From an uncultured Acidimicrobiales bacterium (GTDB taxonomy: Bacteria; Actinomycetota; Acidimicrobiia; Acidimicrobiales; Aldehydirespiratoraceae), in the NCBI GenBank assembly GCA_905480195.1, contig CAJQPN010000001.1:145132-209131 (forward strand): a DNA stretch of 64,000 nt. The letters run 5' to 3'. The notes below the pieces were generated by a model that saw nothing but the letters and a program-made list of their open reading frames with translations, was not told where the DNA came from and searched no databases. Shown here one piece after another: positions 45,369 through 53,837 of this stretch (its first letter is position 1; every line of letters starts with the position of its first letter). Position numbers and translations under genes: made by a program.

Positions 45369-45668
45369 ATGAATCCCACCCGCATCTCGACAGGCCTGGC
45401 GGCGCTTCTTGCGGCGACCACGCTCACGCTCACCGCCTGCGGCGGGAGCGATACTGGCGCAGGACGAGCCCAGGAGTTCTGCGACCAGCTGGCTGCAGGA
45501 ACCGCCGCCTTCGACGTCTTCCAGTCCATGCGCGACGACTACCCGAATCAACCCGATTGGGCCGCCGCAGCCAAGGACTGGGCGACGTCGACGTGCCCGG
45601 ACCAGCTCGTGTCCAACGAACAATTGCGCAACATCATCTCCAATACCGGGGGCGACCCCGACTCCTGA
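45369..45668 (+). CDS. Small lipoprotein (99 aa), unknown function
   Basis: 'MNPTRISTGLAALLAATTLTLTACGG' is a signal peptide with a lipobox. High GC3. Confidence 0.7.
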   Translation: MNPTRISTGLAALLAATTLTLTACGGSDTGAGRAQEFCDQLAAGTAAFDVFQSMRDDYPNQPDWAAAAKDWATSTCPDQLVSNEQLRNIISNTGGDPDS

Positions 45669-45820
45669 GCGAACAGGTCGCTTCGATCCCCATCACCGCC
45701 GTGACGAGCCGGTCTCAACCAACTCACAGCCATCTGCCCTCGGCACTATCGACGCTTCGCAGCTCGGTTGACGGTGTCCGACAAGGGCGCTCAGCCGATC
45801 AGGCCGGTTGGGCTTGCAGG

Positions 45821-46876
45821 GTGGCGGAATCGCTCATCGTTCTCGCCTTGCTGGTTGCCTGCGGCTCACCCGACACGCCAGAATTCGGGGCCGTCGAGGA
45901 GCGCGATACCCACGATGACCGCGACCTCGAGGAAGCCACCACATTCGGTGCCGATCCTGTGCCCTATGGATCAGCGTCGGAAACTGGTGAGTCAAGACCC
46001 GACAACCAAGCGTTCGTGCCCGACGAGCCGAAGCCCGCGTCCGACCCGGGCTTCCTGTTTCGGGCGGGGGTCAACGAGATCGTCGTCAGCCAAGTCGTCG
46101 ACGATGTTGTGGTTGCGCGTCGGGCGCTGATCGTGGTTCCGCAGGACGATCTCGCCGCAAAAGATCGGGACATCACCGGGGCGTCCTTCCCGGTCCTGGT
46201 CGCCCTTCACGGCAACGGCGGCCGGCCCGAGGGCATGCTTGGCGACATCCGCCCCATCGTCGAGCGGTACCGTTTCGTCGCCGTCATCCCTGCCGGTATC
46301 GAACGAAGCTGGAACCTCGGACGCGAGGCCTCGACCGCCGACGACGTCGCCTTCGTCGAATTGCTGCTCGACCAGCTCGACGGGGCTCGCACCGATGTCG
46401 GCGACTTCACGCTCGAGCGGGTCTACGCGTTCGGCTACTCCAACGGCGCCGGCCTGGTCAACCAGCTCGTCGCCCGGACCGACCGGTTTCACGCGGTCGC
46501 TGCCGCCGCCAGCAGCCTCACCCACGAATTGGTGCCAACCGGCACCGTGGCGCCCGTGTCCTTCCTGAGCCTGCACGGCACCGAGGATCGCGTCGCGCCC
46601 TACGGCGGTGGTGTCGGAGTCGCCGGGCACGACTTCCTGGCCGTCGAAGATAGCGCTGCACTCTGGGCTGACCGGTTCGGCTGCGAGACCGAGCCCGACA
46701 CCACACCTACCGCCGACGGCAATATTCGTCTCGAGTGGCGCTCCTGCGAGGACGGTCATCGAGTCGTGCACTATGGCTTCGTCGGGGTCGAACATGGACT
46801 TCCACCTGACCTCGAAGGCGGCCTGCTCGACCTCGTGATCGACTTCTTCGAGACCGCGAGCCACTCCGCCGGCTGA
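45821..46876 (+). CDS. Secreted esterase, PHB-depolymerase/LpqC-like alpha/beta hydrolase (lipoprotein)
   Basis: C-terminal part of ORF 45245..46876(+). 'VLVALHGNGG', 'FGYSNGAG' (GxSxG) and 'LSLHGTEDRVAPY'. Start placed at the GTG at 45821 ('VAESLIVLALLVACGS'). The exact start is uncertain. Confidence 0.75.
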   Translation: MAESLIVLALLVACGSPDTPEFGAVEERDTHDDRDLEEATTFGADPVPYGSASETGESRPDNQAFVPDEPKPASDPGFLFRAGVNEIVVSQVVDDVVVARRALIVVPQDDLAAKDRDITGASFPVLVALHGNGGRPEGMLGDIRPIVERYRFVAVIPAGIERSWNLGREASTADDVAFVELLLDQLDGARTDVGDFTLERVYAFGYSNGAGLVNQLVARTDRFHAVAAAASSLTHELVPTGTVAPVSFLSLHGTEDRVAPYGGGVGVAGHDFLAVEDSAALWADRFGCETEPDTTPTADGNIRLEWRSCEDGHRVVHYGFVGVEHGLPPDLEGGLLDLVIDFFETASHSAG

Positions 46877-46891
46877 GCCCGCCGGGTGCGG

Positions 46892-48103
46892 CTACGACAG
46901 ACGCACGTGCATGTGCTCGACGCCGCGCAACGTAAAGCGACGTCGCCACGACGGCTTTCCGACGATTTCCCAGGTGTCGTAACGGTCGAGCATGCGGCCG
47001 AGGAGCGCCTGTCCCTCAAGGCGGGCGAGCGATGCACCGAGGCAGTAGTGGATCCCCGATCCGAACGAGAGCACCTGGGTGTCGGTGCGGGTGACGTCGA
47101 ACCGATCCGGGTCGTCGACGAGGTCGGGATCGCGGTTCACGGCGCCGATCAACGTCATCGTTCCCGATCCGGCCGGGATCGTGATCCCACCGAGCTCAAT
47201 GTCGTCGAAGACGTAGCGCCCGTCCATTTGCACGGGCGGATCGAACCGCAGGACTTCTTCGATCGCCTGGGGGACAAGCGAACGGTCGTTCCGTAACAGT
47301 CGGTGTTGGTCGGGATGCGCGACGAGTTGGCGCACGGTATTGCCGAGCAGGTGAGTCGTCGTCTCAAACCCGGCTGCATAAATCAGCAACGTGTTGACGA
47401 TGATCTCGTCCTCGGTGAGCTTGTCCTCACCGTCCTTGGCTTCGATCATCCCGCTGAGCAGATCGTCTTGGGGGTCAGCTCGGCGCGTCGCGATGAGATC
47501 AACCACGTACGCAGTGATCTCTTCACCAGCCGTGTCGGCTGCTGCGATCTCGTCGTCGGTGGCAGTCGGTTCGATGCCGACTCCGAGGTCGTAGATCAGG
47601 GGTCGGAGGTACTCTCGGTCCGCCTCGGGAACGCCCACGAGCGCGCTGATGACGTTCGCCGGGAGCGGAAATGCCACCTTGTCGACGAAGTCGCCGTCGC
47701 CATCGAGATCGTCGAGCAAGGCGTCGCACATGGCTTCGACCTCGGGCCGCATCTGCTCCACCCGGCGCGGCGTGAACGACCGAGCGACGAGACCGCGCAC
47801 CCTCGTGTGGTCGGGCGGGTTCAGGAACAGCATCGAAAGTGTTCCCGTGCGAGCCCGACGCGAGCTGCCGTCGATCGCCGTGCGGTCGCCACTCTCGAGG
47901 CCGGCACCGCTGCCGCAGCGCGGGTCGCGCAACATCGCCTTCGCGTGCTCGTAGCAGTTGACGACCCAAGTCCCCGTCGCCGACGTCTGAAAGATCGGCG
48001 CATGCTCACGCAGTTGGTTGTAGAGCGGGTACGGGTCAGGGATGCACTCGGGATCGGTGAGGACCCGGATGAGGGTCGTGTCGGGATCGAAGGGCTCGGT
48101 CAT
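46892..48103 (-). CDS. Cytochrome P450
   Basis: 'AGFETT' I-helix, 'EEVLRF' (ExxR) and heme-binding 'FGSGIHYCLGASLAR'. Start set at the ATG at 48103 ('MTEPFDPDT'). Confidence 0.9.
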   Translation of the reverse strand: MTEPFDPDTTLIRVLTDPECIPDPYPLYNQLREHAPIFQTSATGTWVVNCYEHAKAMLRDPRCGSGAGLESGDRTAIDGSSRRARTGTLSMLFLNPPDHTRVRGLVARSFTPRRVEQMRPEVEAMCDALLDDLDGDGDFVDKVAFPLPANVISALVGVPEADREYLRPLIYDLGVGIEPTATDDEIAAADTAGEEITAYVVDLIATRRADPQDDLLSGMIEAKDGEDKLTEDEIIVNTLLIYAAGFETTTHLLGNTVRQLVAHPDQHRLLRNDRSLVPQAIEEVLRFDPPVQMDGRYVFDDIELGGITIPAGSGTMTLIGAVNRDPDLVDDPDRFDVTRTDTQVLSFGSGIHYCLGASLARLEGQALLGRMLDRYDTWEIVGKPSWRRRFTLRGVEHMHVRLS

Positions 48104-48221
48104 GTCGGGGAGGCGTCCGCAATCAGGTGTGGTGGGGTATCCCAACGATGGCGGATCAGCGCACAGAGGACAAACCGGGCCGAATCACGGAGCACCGAGA
48201 CGACCTGTCCCGTTGCAGCCA

Positions 48222-49139
48222 TCATCGAGAAGCGACCGCCACGGCGATTTCGGCGGCGACACGGGCGTTGTTCTCAGCGAGGGCAAGATTGGCGGGCACG
48301 CTGTCACCCTCGGTGGCCGCCGCAATGGCGGCGAGTACGAGCGGTGTGACACCCGGACCGCGGGCACCTTGGCGCTCGGCGTCTTCGAGTGCTTCTGTAA
48401 TCGCTGCATCGATTCGTGCCGCATCGAGTTCGTCAGCCTCGGGAATCGGGTTTGCGACCAACACACCTCCGGGGTGGCGGAGTTCACGATTCGCCGAGAG
48501 CAGTGCTGCGACCTCCGCTCCCGTCCGTACCGTCATCGTGACCGGATGACCGGAATCGCGCGTGTAGAAGGCCGGAAAGCGATCGGTGTTCCAACCAACG
48601 ACCGGCACGCCGAGCGTCTCGAACTCCTCGAGCGTTCGACCGAGATCGAGGAAGGCTTTTGCCCCGGCCGACACGGTGACGACTCGATGTCTGGCGATCG
48701 CAAGGAGATCGTGAGAGATATCACCGGTCTGCGCAGCGTCACGATGGACACCACCGATGCCCCCAGTTGTGAAAACCGAAACGCCTGCTCGGGCAGCCAA
48801 CGTCACCGATGCCGACACGGTGGTGACGCCCACGTCGAGGCCCGTTGCGTGGGCGTGGCCGAGATCGCGGGCCGCGATCTTGGCCGTTGCGGCAAGGACC
48901 CGTTCGGTCTCGGCCCCCGACGCGACGCCGACGACACCGACACCGTCGATCACTGCAGTCATCGCCGGCACGGCTCCGGCAGCCCGGATCGCCGTCTCGC
49001 ATCGGACGAGCGCCTCGCGGTTGGCCGGCTGCGGCAGCCCGAAAGCGCTGTAGATCGTCGACTCCATCGCCACGATCGGCTCTTGGGCCTCGATCGCCGC
49101 TGTGACCTCGTCGCCGAGTCGAAAGACGTTGGTTCCCAT
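48222..49139 (-). CDS. psuG: Pseudouridine-5'-phosphate glycosidase
   Basis: The last 305 aa of ORF 48222..49895(-) match the IndA/PsuG family ('IVAMESTIYSAFGLP...FTTGGIGGVHR...VVTVSAGAKAFLDLGRTLEEFETLGVPV'). Start at the ATG at 49139. Confidence 0.85.
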   Translation of the reverse strand: MGTNVFRLGDEVTAAIEAQEPIVAMESTIYSAFGLPQPANREALVRCETAIRAAGAVPAMTAVIDGVGVVGVASGAETERVLAATAKIAARDLGHAHATGLDVGVTTVSASVTLAARAGVSVFTTGGIGGVHRDAAQTGDISHDLLAIARHRVVTVSAGAKAFLDLGRTLEEFETLGVPVVGWNTDRFPAFYTRDSGHPVTMTVRTGAEVAALLSANRELRHPGGVLVANPIPEADELDAARIDAAITEALEDAERQGARGPGVTPLVLAAIAAATEGDSVPANLALAENNARVAAEIAVAVASR

Positions 49140-49187
49140 CGCTCGGAGACTACGACCCTGGGTAGCCCCCGATGCACCCGACCCGCT

Positions 49188-50927
49188 ATGCATAGGGCCG
49201 TGATCGACGCACTGAACCAGACCTGGAACGCCCTGACCGCCGATGGCGCTCCGTTCGCCCACTCCGAGACCGAGGTCCGGGGCATGACGATGAAGACCTT
49301 CGATTCGGCTCCACCCAACCTGCGGATGGTCTGGGAGATGTCCGCCGCCCACGGCGACAAGCCGTATCTCGTCTACGAGGACGAGACGTACACGTTCACC
49401 GAAGCCCACGCCATCGTGCGCTCGCTGGCGGCCTACCTCAAGGATCGCGGAGTCGTGGAGGGTGACCGGGTCGCCATCGCCATGCGTAACTACCCGGAGT
49501 GGGTCTTTTCGTACTGGGCCGTGGTGGCCCTCGGCGGCGCAGCTGTCGGCGTCAACGCCTGGTGGACGAGCAACGAGCTCGAGTACGGGCTCAACGATTC
49601 CCGTCCCAAGGTCGTCATCGCCGATGACGAGCGACTTGAGCGCCTCATCCCCGTCCTCGACGGCCTCCGGGCCGGTGGTGACATGCACGTTGTATCGGTG
49701 CGCTCCGAACGCGAACTCCCCTCCGATGCCGTTCGCTGGGCCGCCGTGATCGATCCAGCGAACGCACCCGACACGCTGCCCGACGCCGAGATCCACCCCG
49801 ATGACGACATGTGCATCTTCTACACGTCGGGCACCACGGGCTTTCCAAAAGGCGCGCAACTCACCCACCGCGGGTCGGTTCACAACGTCATGCACCTGGC
49901 ATTCGCCAACACCCTCGCCGCGATGGCGGCTGCGACGGTCGCCGAAGCCGCCGGTGAGGCACCGCCAGAGCCCACCGCCGACGCACCCGCCCCCTCACTA
50001 CTGGCCGCTACCCCGCTCTTCCACGTCAGCGCCAACAACTGCGTACTCCACGGCGCCACCGCCGCCGGAGCGAAAGTGATCCTCATGTACAAGTGGGACG
50101 CGACGCGGGCGATCGAGCTCATCGAACGCGAGAGGGCCACCGGTTTCACCGGCGTTCCCACCATGAGCCGAGAGATGCTGCTCCACCCTGACTGGGAGAC
50201 CCGCGACACCAGCTCCCTGGAATCAATGGGTGGCGGCGGTGCTGCGCTGCAGCCAGATCTTGTCGAGAAGATCGCCACAGCCAAAGACGCCGGCGTCCAG
50301 CCCTCAACCGGCTACGGCCTGACCGAAACCCACGGCATCGTCACAGCCGTCGGCAGCATCTTCTTCCGCGCAAAGCCGGCATCGGCCGGACGAATCATGC
50401 CTACCTTCGACTACAGGGTCGTCGACGACGAAGGCAACGAGGTGCCGAACGGCGAACGCGGTGAACTCTGCGTGAAAGGGCCAGCCGTCGTGAAGGGCTA
50501 CCTCAACCGCGAGGAGGCAACGGCCGAGGCAATCGTCGATGGCTACTTCCACTCCGGCGACATCGTCTACATCGACGACGATGGATTTCTCTTCATCGTC
50601 GATCGCGCCAAGGACATGGTGCTGCGCGGTGGTGAGAACGTCTACTGCGCCGAGGTCGAGGCTGCCGTCTACGAACATCCCGACATTGCTGAAGCGGCGG
50701 TTTTCGGCGTACCCGACGACCGCCTCGGCGAAGCCGTCGGCGTCGCCATCCACCTCAAGGGCGGTGCCGCTCTCGACCAGGCCGGACTCACCGAGTTCCT
50801 CGCACCGATGATGGCGAAGTACAAGATTCCTGAACACGTCTGGTTCATGGATGATCCTCTGCCACAAAACGCCAACGGCAAGTTTCTCAAGCGCCAACTC
50901 CGCGACACCCTCACTGCCAAAGACTGA
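49188..50927 (+). CDS. Acyl-CoA synthetase / AMP-dependent ligase
   Basis: 3' part of ORF 48042..50927(+). Start at the ATG at 49188 ('MHRAVIDAL'). 'FYTSGTTGFPKGA', 'GYGLTETHG' and 'GDIVYIDDDGFLFIVDRAKDMVLRGGENV'. Confidence 0.9.
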   Translation: MHRAVIDALNQTWNALTADGAPFAHSETEVRGMTMKTFDSAPPNLRMVWEMSAAHGDKPYLVYEDETYTFTEAHAIVRSLAAYLKDRGVVEGDRVAIAMRNYPEWVFSYWAVVALGGAAVGVNAWWTSNELEYGLNDSRPKVVIADDERLERLIPVLDGLRAGGDMHVVSVRSERELPSDAVRWAAVIDPANAPDTLPDAEIHPDDDMCIFYTSGTTGFPKGAQLTHRGSVHNVMHLAFANTLAAMAAATVAEAAGEAPPEPTADAPAPSLLAATPLFHVSANNCVLHGATAAGAKVILMYKWDATRAIELIERERATGFTGVPTMSREMLLHPDWETRDTSSLESMGGGGAALQPDLVEKIATAKDAGVQPSTGYGLTETHGIVTAVGSIFFRAKPASAGRIMPTFDYRVVDDEGNEVPNGERGELCVKGPAVVKGYLNREEATAEAIVDGYFHSGDIVYIDDDGFLFIVDRAKDMVLRGGENVYCAEVEAAVYEHPDIAEAAVFGVPDDRLGEAVGVAIHLKGGAALDQAGLTEFLAPMMAKYKIPEHVWFMDDPLPQNANGKFLKRQLRDTLTAKD

Positions 50928-50967
50928 TCCGCACGGCCCCCTCTCGATCGGCCCCCTCGCAACCGCC

Positions 50968-51732
50968 CTATCGATCGGCCATGAACGGGAAGCGCTTGCG
51001 GACGTCGACGACACGAGCGGGGTCGATCGTGGCCCAAAGTGTCGTCACGTCGCCCGCCGGAGCGGCCTGCACGATCTCGCCGAGCGGGTCGATGATTCGG
51101 GAATCACCCGTGTACTCGAGACCATCACCTGATCCAACACGGTTTACCCCCACCACATAGGCCTGATTCTCGATCGCACGAGCCCGCAGGAGCGCCATCC
51201 AGTGCTCACGCCGGACCCCGGGCCAATTCGCTGGGACGAGATACAGGTCGGTGTCGGCCGCCACATCCCAAAACAGGTCGGCGAAGCGGAGGTCGTAGCA
51301 GATGAACGGCGTCACGCGAACACCGTTCACACTGATCGGAGCGACCGGCTCGCCACCGGCATAGTGATCGGTCTCGCCCGCATACGAGAACGGCTTTGCC
51401 TTGGAGTACCGATGGTCTTCACCGCCTGGCCCCGCAAGGATGAAGCGATTCGTCGGCCGCTCGTAGCCGTCGGTGCGTTCCGGTACCGAGCCTGCGATCC
51501 AACACCCCGTCTCGTGCGCCATCTCGTGCATGAACGAGGCGGTCGGCCCGTCCGGCGATTCGGCGACGACAGCGGTATTCATCGAGAAGCCGCACGACCA
51601 CATCTCGGGCAGAGCAACAAGTTCAGCGCCCGCAGCGGCGGCATCGAGGATGAGCGGCCGCACGAGAGCCATCGTCTCAGTGGGCGCCTCCCATGCGATG
51701 TCGTGCTGGATGGCGGCGAGCTCAAGGGTCAT
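50968..51732 (-). CDS. Carbon-nitrogen hydrolase (nitrilase superfamily, omega-amidase-like)
   Basis: 254 aa. Glu-Lys-Cys triad contexts 'ALPEMW', 'YSKAKPF' and 'FICYDLRF'. The ATG overlaps the aminotransferase stop (ATGA). Confidence 0.85.
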   Translation of the reverse strand: MTLELAAIQHDIAWEAPTETMALVRPLILDAAAAGAELVALPEMWSCGFSMNTAVVAESPDGPTASFMHEMAHETGCWIAGSVPERTDGYERPTNRFILAGPGGEDHRYSKAKPFSYAGETDHYAGGEPVAPISVNGVRVTPFICYDLRFADLFWDVAADTDLYLVPANWPGVRREHWMALLRARAIENQAYVVGVNRVGSGDGLEYTGDSRIIDPLGEIVQAAPAGDVTTLWATIDPARVVDVRKRFPFMADR

Positions 51733-52889
51733 GCCAACCCCGCCTTGAGTCGATGGACAGCCGCGTCGAGAACCTCGTCCTTCTTGCAGAAGGCGAAGCG
51801 GATGATCGGAGCGCCCGCTTCCTCGTCGTCGTAAAAGACCATTGTCGGGACGGCGACGACGCCGGCGCGTTCGGGTAAGGCCATGCAGAAGTCGATGCCG
51901 TTGGTCTCCCCGATCGACCGAATGTCACAGCTTGCGAAGTACGTGCCCTGTGGTTCCAGCACGTCGAGCCCTGCCTCTGCGAGTCCGGCACAGAGGCGGT
52001 CGCGCTTTGCCCGCATCTCTGCGGTGTAGCCGTCGAAGAAGTCATCACCGAGCCTGAGGCCGACGGCGACGGCGTGTTGGAAGGGCGCGCCACTGACGAA
52101 CGTGAGGAACTGCTTCGCTGTGCGCACAGCCGCCACCAGGTCGGCGGGGCCACATGCCCATCCGATCTTCCAGCCGGTGAACGAGAAGATCTTTCCCGCC
52201 GACGACACGGTCAACGTTCGCTCGGCCATGCCGGGCAGCGTGGCCAGCGCAATGTGCTCGCCGTCGAAGACGAGATGTTCGTAGACCTCGTCGGTGATGG
52301 CGACAACACCGTGCTCACAGCACAACTCGGCGATCAGGGTCATCTCGTCGCGACCGAAGACCTTGCCGGTCGGGTTGTGGGGCGTGTTGAGCAGAAGCGC
52401 TTTCGTCGCAGGCGTGAACGCAGCCCGCAGTTCATCAGGATCGAACGACCAATCCGGTGCCCGGAGCGTGACCACCCGGCGCGTGGCGCCACTGAGCGCG
52501 ATGCCCGCCGCATACGAGTCGTAGTAGGGCTCAAACGTCACGACCTCGTCGCCCGGGCCGGTCAGGGCGAGCATCGCAGCAGCAAGCGCTTCGGTTGCAC
52601 CTGCGGTGATCAACACTTCGCCGTCGGGATCGAAGTCCTGCCCTCGGAAGCGACGACGGTGCTCGGCGACCGCCGCCCGCAGCGGGGCGATACCCGGCAA
52701 AGGAGGGTATTGATTGTGACCGTCGGCGATGGCTTGGCGAGCCGCTTCTGCGACCTCTGCGGGCCCGTCGGTGTCGGGAAATCCCTGGCCCAGGTTGACG
52801 GAGTTCGTCTCGACGGCGAGCGCTGACATCTGCGTGAAGATCGTCGTGCCAAAGTCCTGCAGCCGTTCGGTCAAGAAAGGATTGCTCAC
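51729..52889 (-). CDS. Class I/II aminotransferase (YbdL / glutamine-transaminase-K-like)
   Basis: 386 aa. 'NLGQGFPD' and the PLP-lysine region 'SSAGKIFSFTGWKIGW'. GTG start. Confidence 0.85.
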   Translation of the reverse strand: MSNPFLTERLQDFGTTIFTQMSALAVETNSVNLGQGFPDTDGPAEVAEAARQAIADGHNQYPPLPGIAPLRAAVAEHRRRFRGQDFDPDGEVLITAGATEALAAAMLALTGPGDEVVTFEPYYDSYAAGIALSGATRRVVTLRAPDWSFDPDELRAAFTPATKALLLNTPHNPTGKVFGRDEMTLIAELCCEHGVVAITDEVYEHLVFDGEHIALATLPGMAERTLTVSSAGKIFSFTGWKIGWACGPADLVAAVRTAKQFLTFVSGAPFQHAVAVGLRLGDDFFDGYTAEMRAKRDRLCAGLAEAGLDVLEPQGTYFASCDIRSIGETNGIDFCMALPERAGVVAVPTMVFYDDEEAGAPIIRFAFCKKDEVLDAAVHRLKAGLA

Positions 52890-52928
52890 GGCGGCGATCC
52901 TACGACGTGCAAAGCAGCAGGTCGCCGT

Positions 52929-52976
52929 TCACACGTTCCTCACAAGTCGATCACGACCTCAATCGATTCCACTCAC
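52929..52976 (+). promoter_or_regulatory. Helically phased TCAC repeats (candidate response-regulator sites)
   Basis: TCAC occurs at 52929, 52940, 52951 and 52973 (spacings 11, 11, 22 nt). The array lies upstream of a TTGCCA -35-like hexamer and the secreted-protein gene. Confidence 0.35.
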
Positions 52977-53050
52977 GATCGTCTTACCCAGGTTTGCCAG
53001 TGTGAACATCCGAGAGGCACGACCATCCCCCACCCCTCAGGAGAATCCAC

Positions 53051-53647
53051 ATGAAGAAGTCCCTTGCCGCCACCGCCATCGCCGCCACCGCCATCGGTGG
53101 CGCTGCCGCCGGTGCCACCCTGTTCACGCCGGTGATCGCTGGCGCCCAGGACAGCACCGAGATCGCAGCCGACCCAACTGCGTCGAACCGCCTGTCCAAT
53201 GCCCTTCAGGGGTTGGTTGACGACGGGACGATCAACGAGAGCCAGCGCGACGCTGTCGTGGCCACCCTCCAGGAAGCCCGGGCCGAGCGCGATGGCCTCA
53301 AGCACCGTGGTCAGCGCGGCCGCAGCATGGCCGGAGCCGGTGTGATCGCCGAGACACTCGGCCTTGACGGCCCCGAGCTCCGCAACGCACTCCAGAGCGG
53401 CCAGTCCCTGGCCGACATCGCCGCCGACCAAGGCATCAGCACCGACGACTTGGTGGACGCCATCGTTGATCAGGTCGAGGAACGAGTGAGCGGTGCGCTC
53501 GAGCGCGGACGCATCGACGAAGAGAAGGCGGCGGAGCTCCTCGCGGGCGCAGAGGAGCGCGCCGAGGCGATCGTCAGCGGCGAGTTCAAGCCCAGCGAGC
53601 GCGGAATGGGCCGTCGCGGCCCCGGCCCTCGCGGCGCCGACGCCTGA
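53051..53647 (+). CDS. Secreted helical protein, unknown function
   Basis: AGGAGA RBS 7 nt before the ATG. Signal peptide 'MKKSLAATAIAATAIGGAAAGATLFTPVIAGAQ'. The mature part is Ala/Glu/Asp/Arg-rich with predicted helices. Gly/Arg-rich tail. Confidence 0.75.
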   Translation: MKKSLAATAIAATAIGGAAAGATLFTPVIAGAQDSTEIAADPTASNRLSNALQGLVDDGTINESQRDAVVATLQEARAERDGLKHRGQRGRSMAGAGVIAETLGLDGPELRNALQSGQSLADIAADQGISTDDLVDAIVDQVEERVSGALERGRIDEEKAAELLAGAEERAEAIVSGEFKPSERGMGRRGPGPRGADA

Positions 53648-53712
53648 CACGCCGCAAATCCCCTCGAGACCGAACGACATCCTGCCACCCTCCCCCGGTT
53701 CGTTCGGCCCCT

Positions 53713-53743
53713 CTGATCCCCGGTCCTCTGGGCCGGGGATCAG
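53713..53743 (+). terminator. Intrinsic-terminator-like hairpin (11-bp perfect stem, 9-nt loop)
   Basis: CTGATCCCCGG-tcctctggg-CCGGGGATCAG, followed by 'ccgtttcgg'. It lies 66 nt after the stop of the secreted-protein gene, between convergent genes. Confidence 0.6.
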
Positions 53744-53837
53744 CCGTTTCGGCAAACGCACGCACGTCGAGGAATCGCCTGCTCGATCTTGGGGCCGAGA
53801 CACCGGCTCAACCCGTCGAGCCGAGCGCAGAGGCCGA

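Noticed and set aside
48042-49187. 382-codon N-terminal extension of the AMP-ligase ORF (961-aa ORF 48042..50927)
   Set aside because: The extension is antisense to psuG and to the P450 5' end. Ligase similarity starts only at the ATG at 49188.
50934-50957. Direct repeat GGCCCCCTC ... GGCCCCCTC (15-nt register) in the gap after the AMP-ligase gene
   Set aside because: Only two short copies in a 40-nt convergent gap. It has low complexity and no dyad or further copies, so it is most likely chance or part of a weak terminator region.
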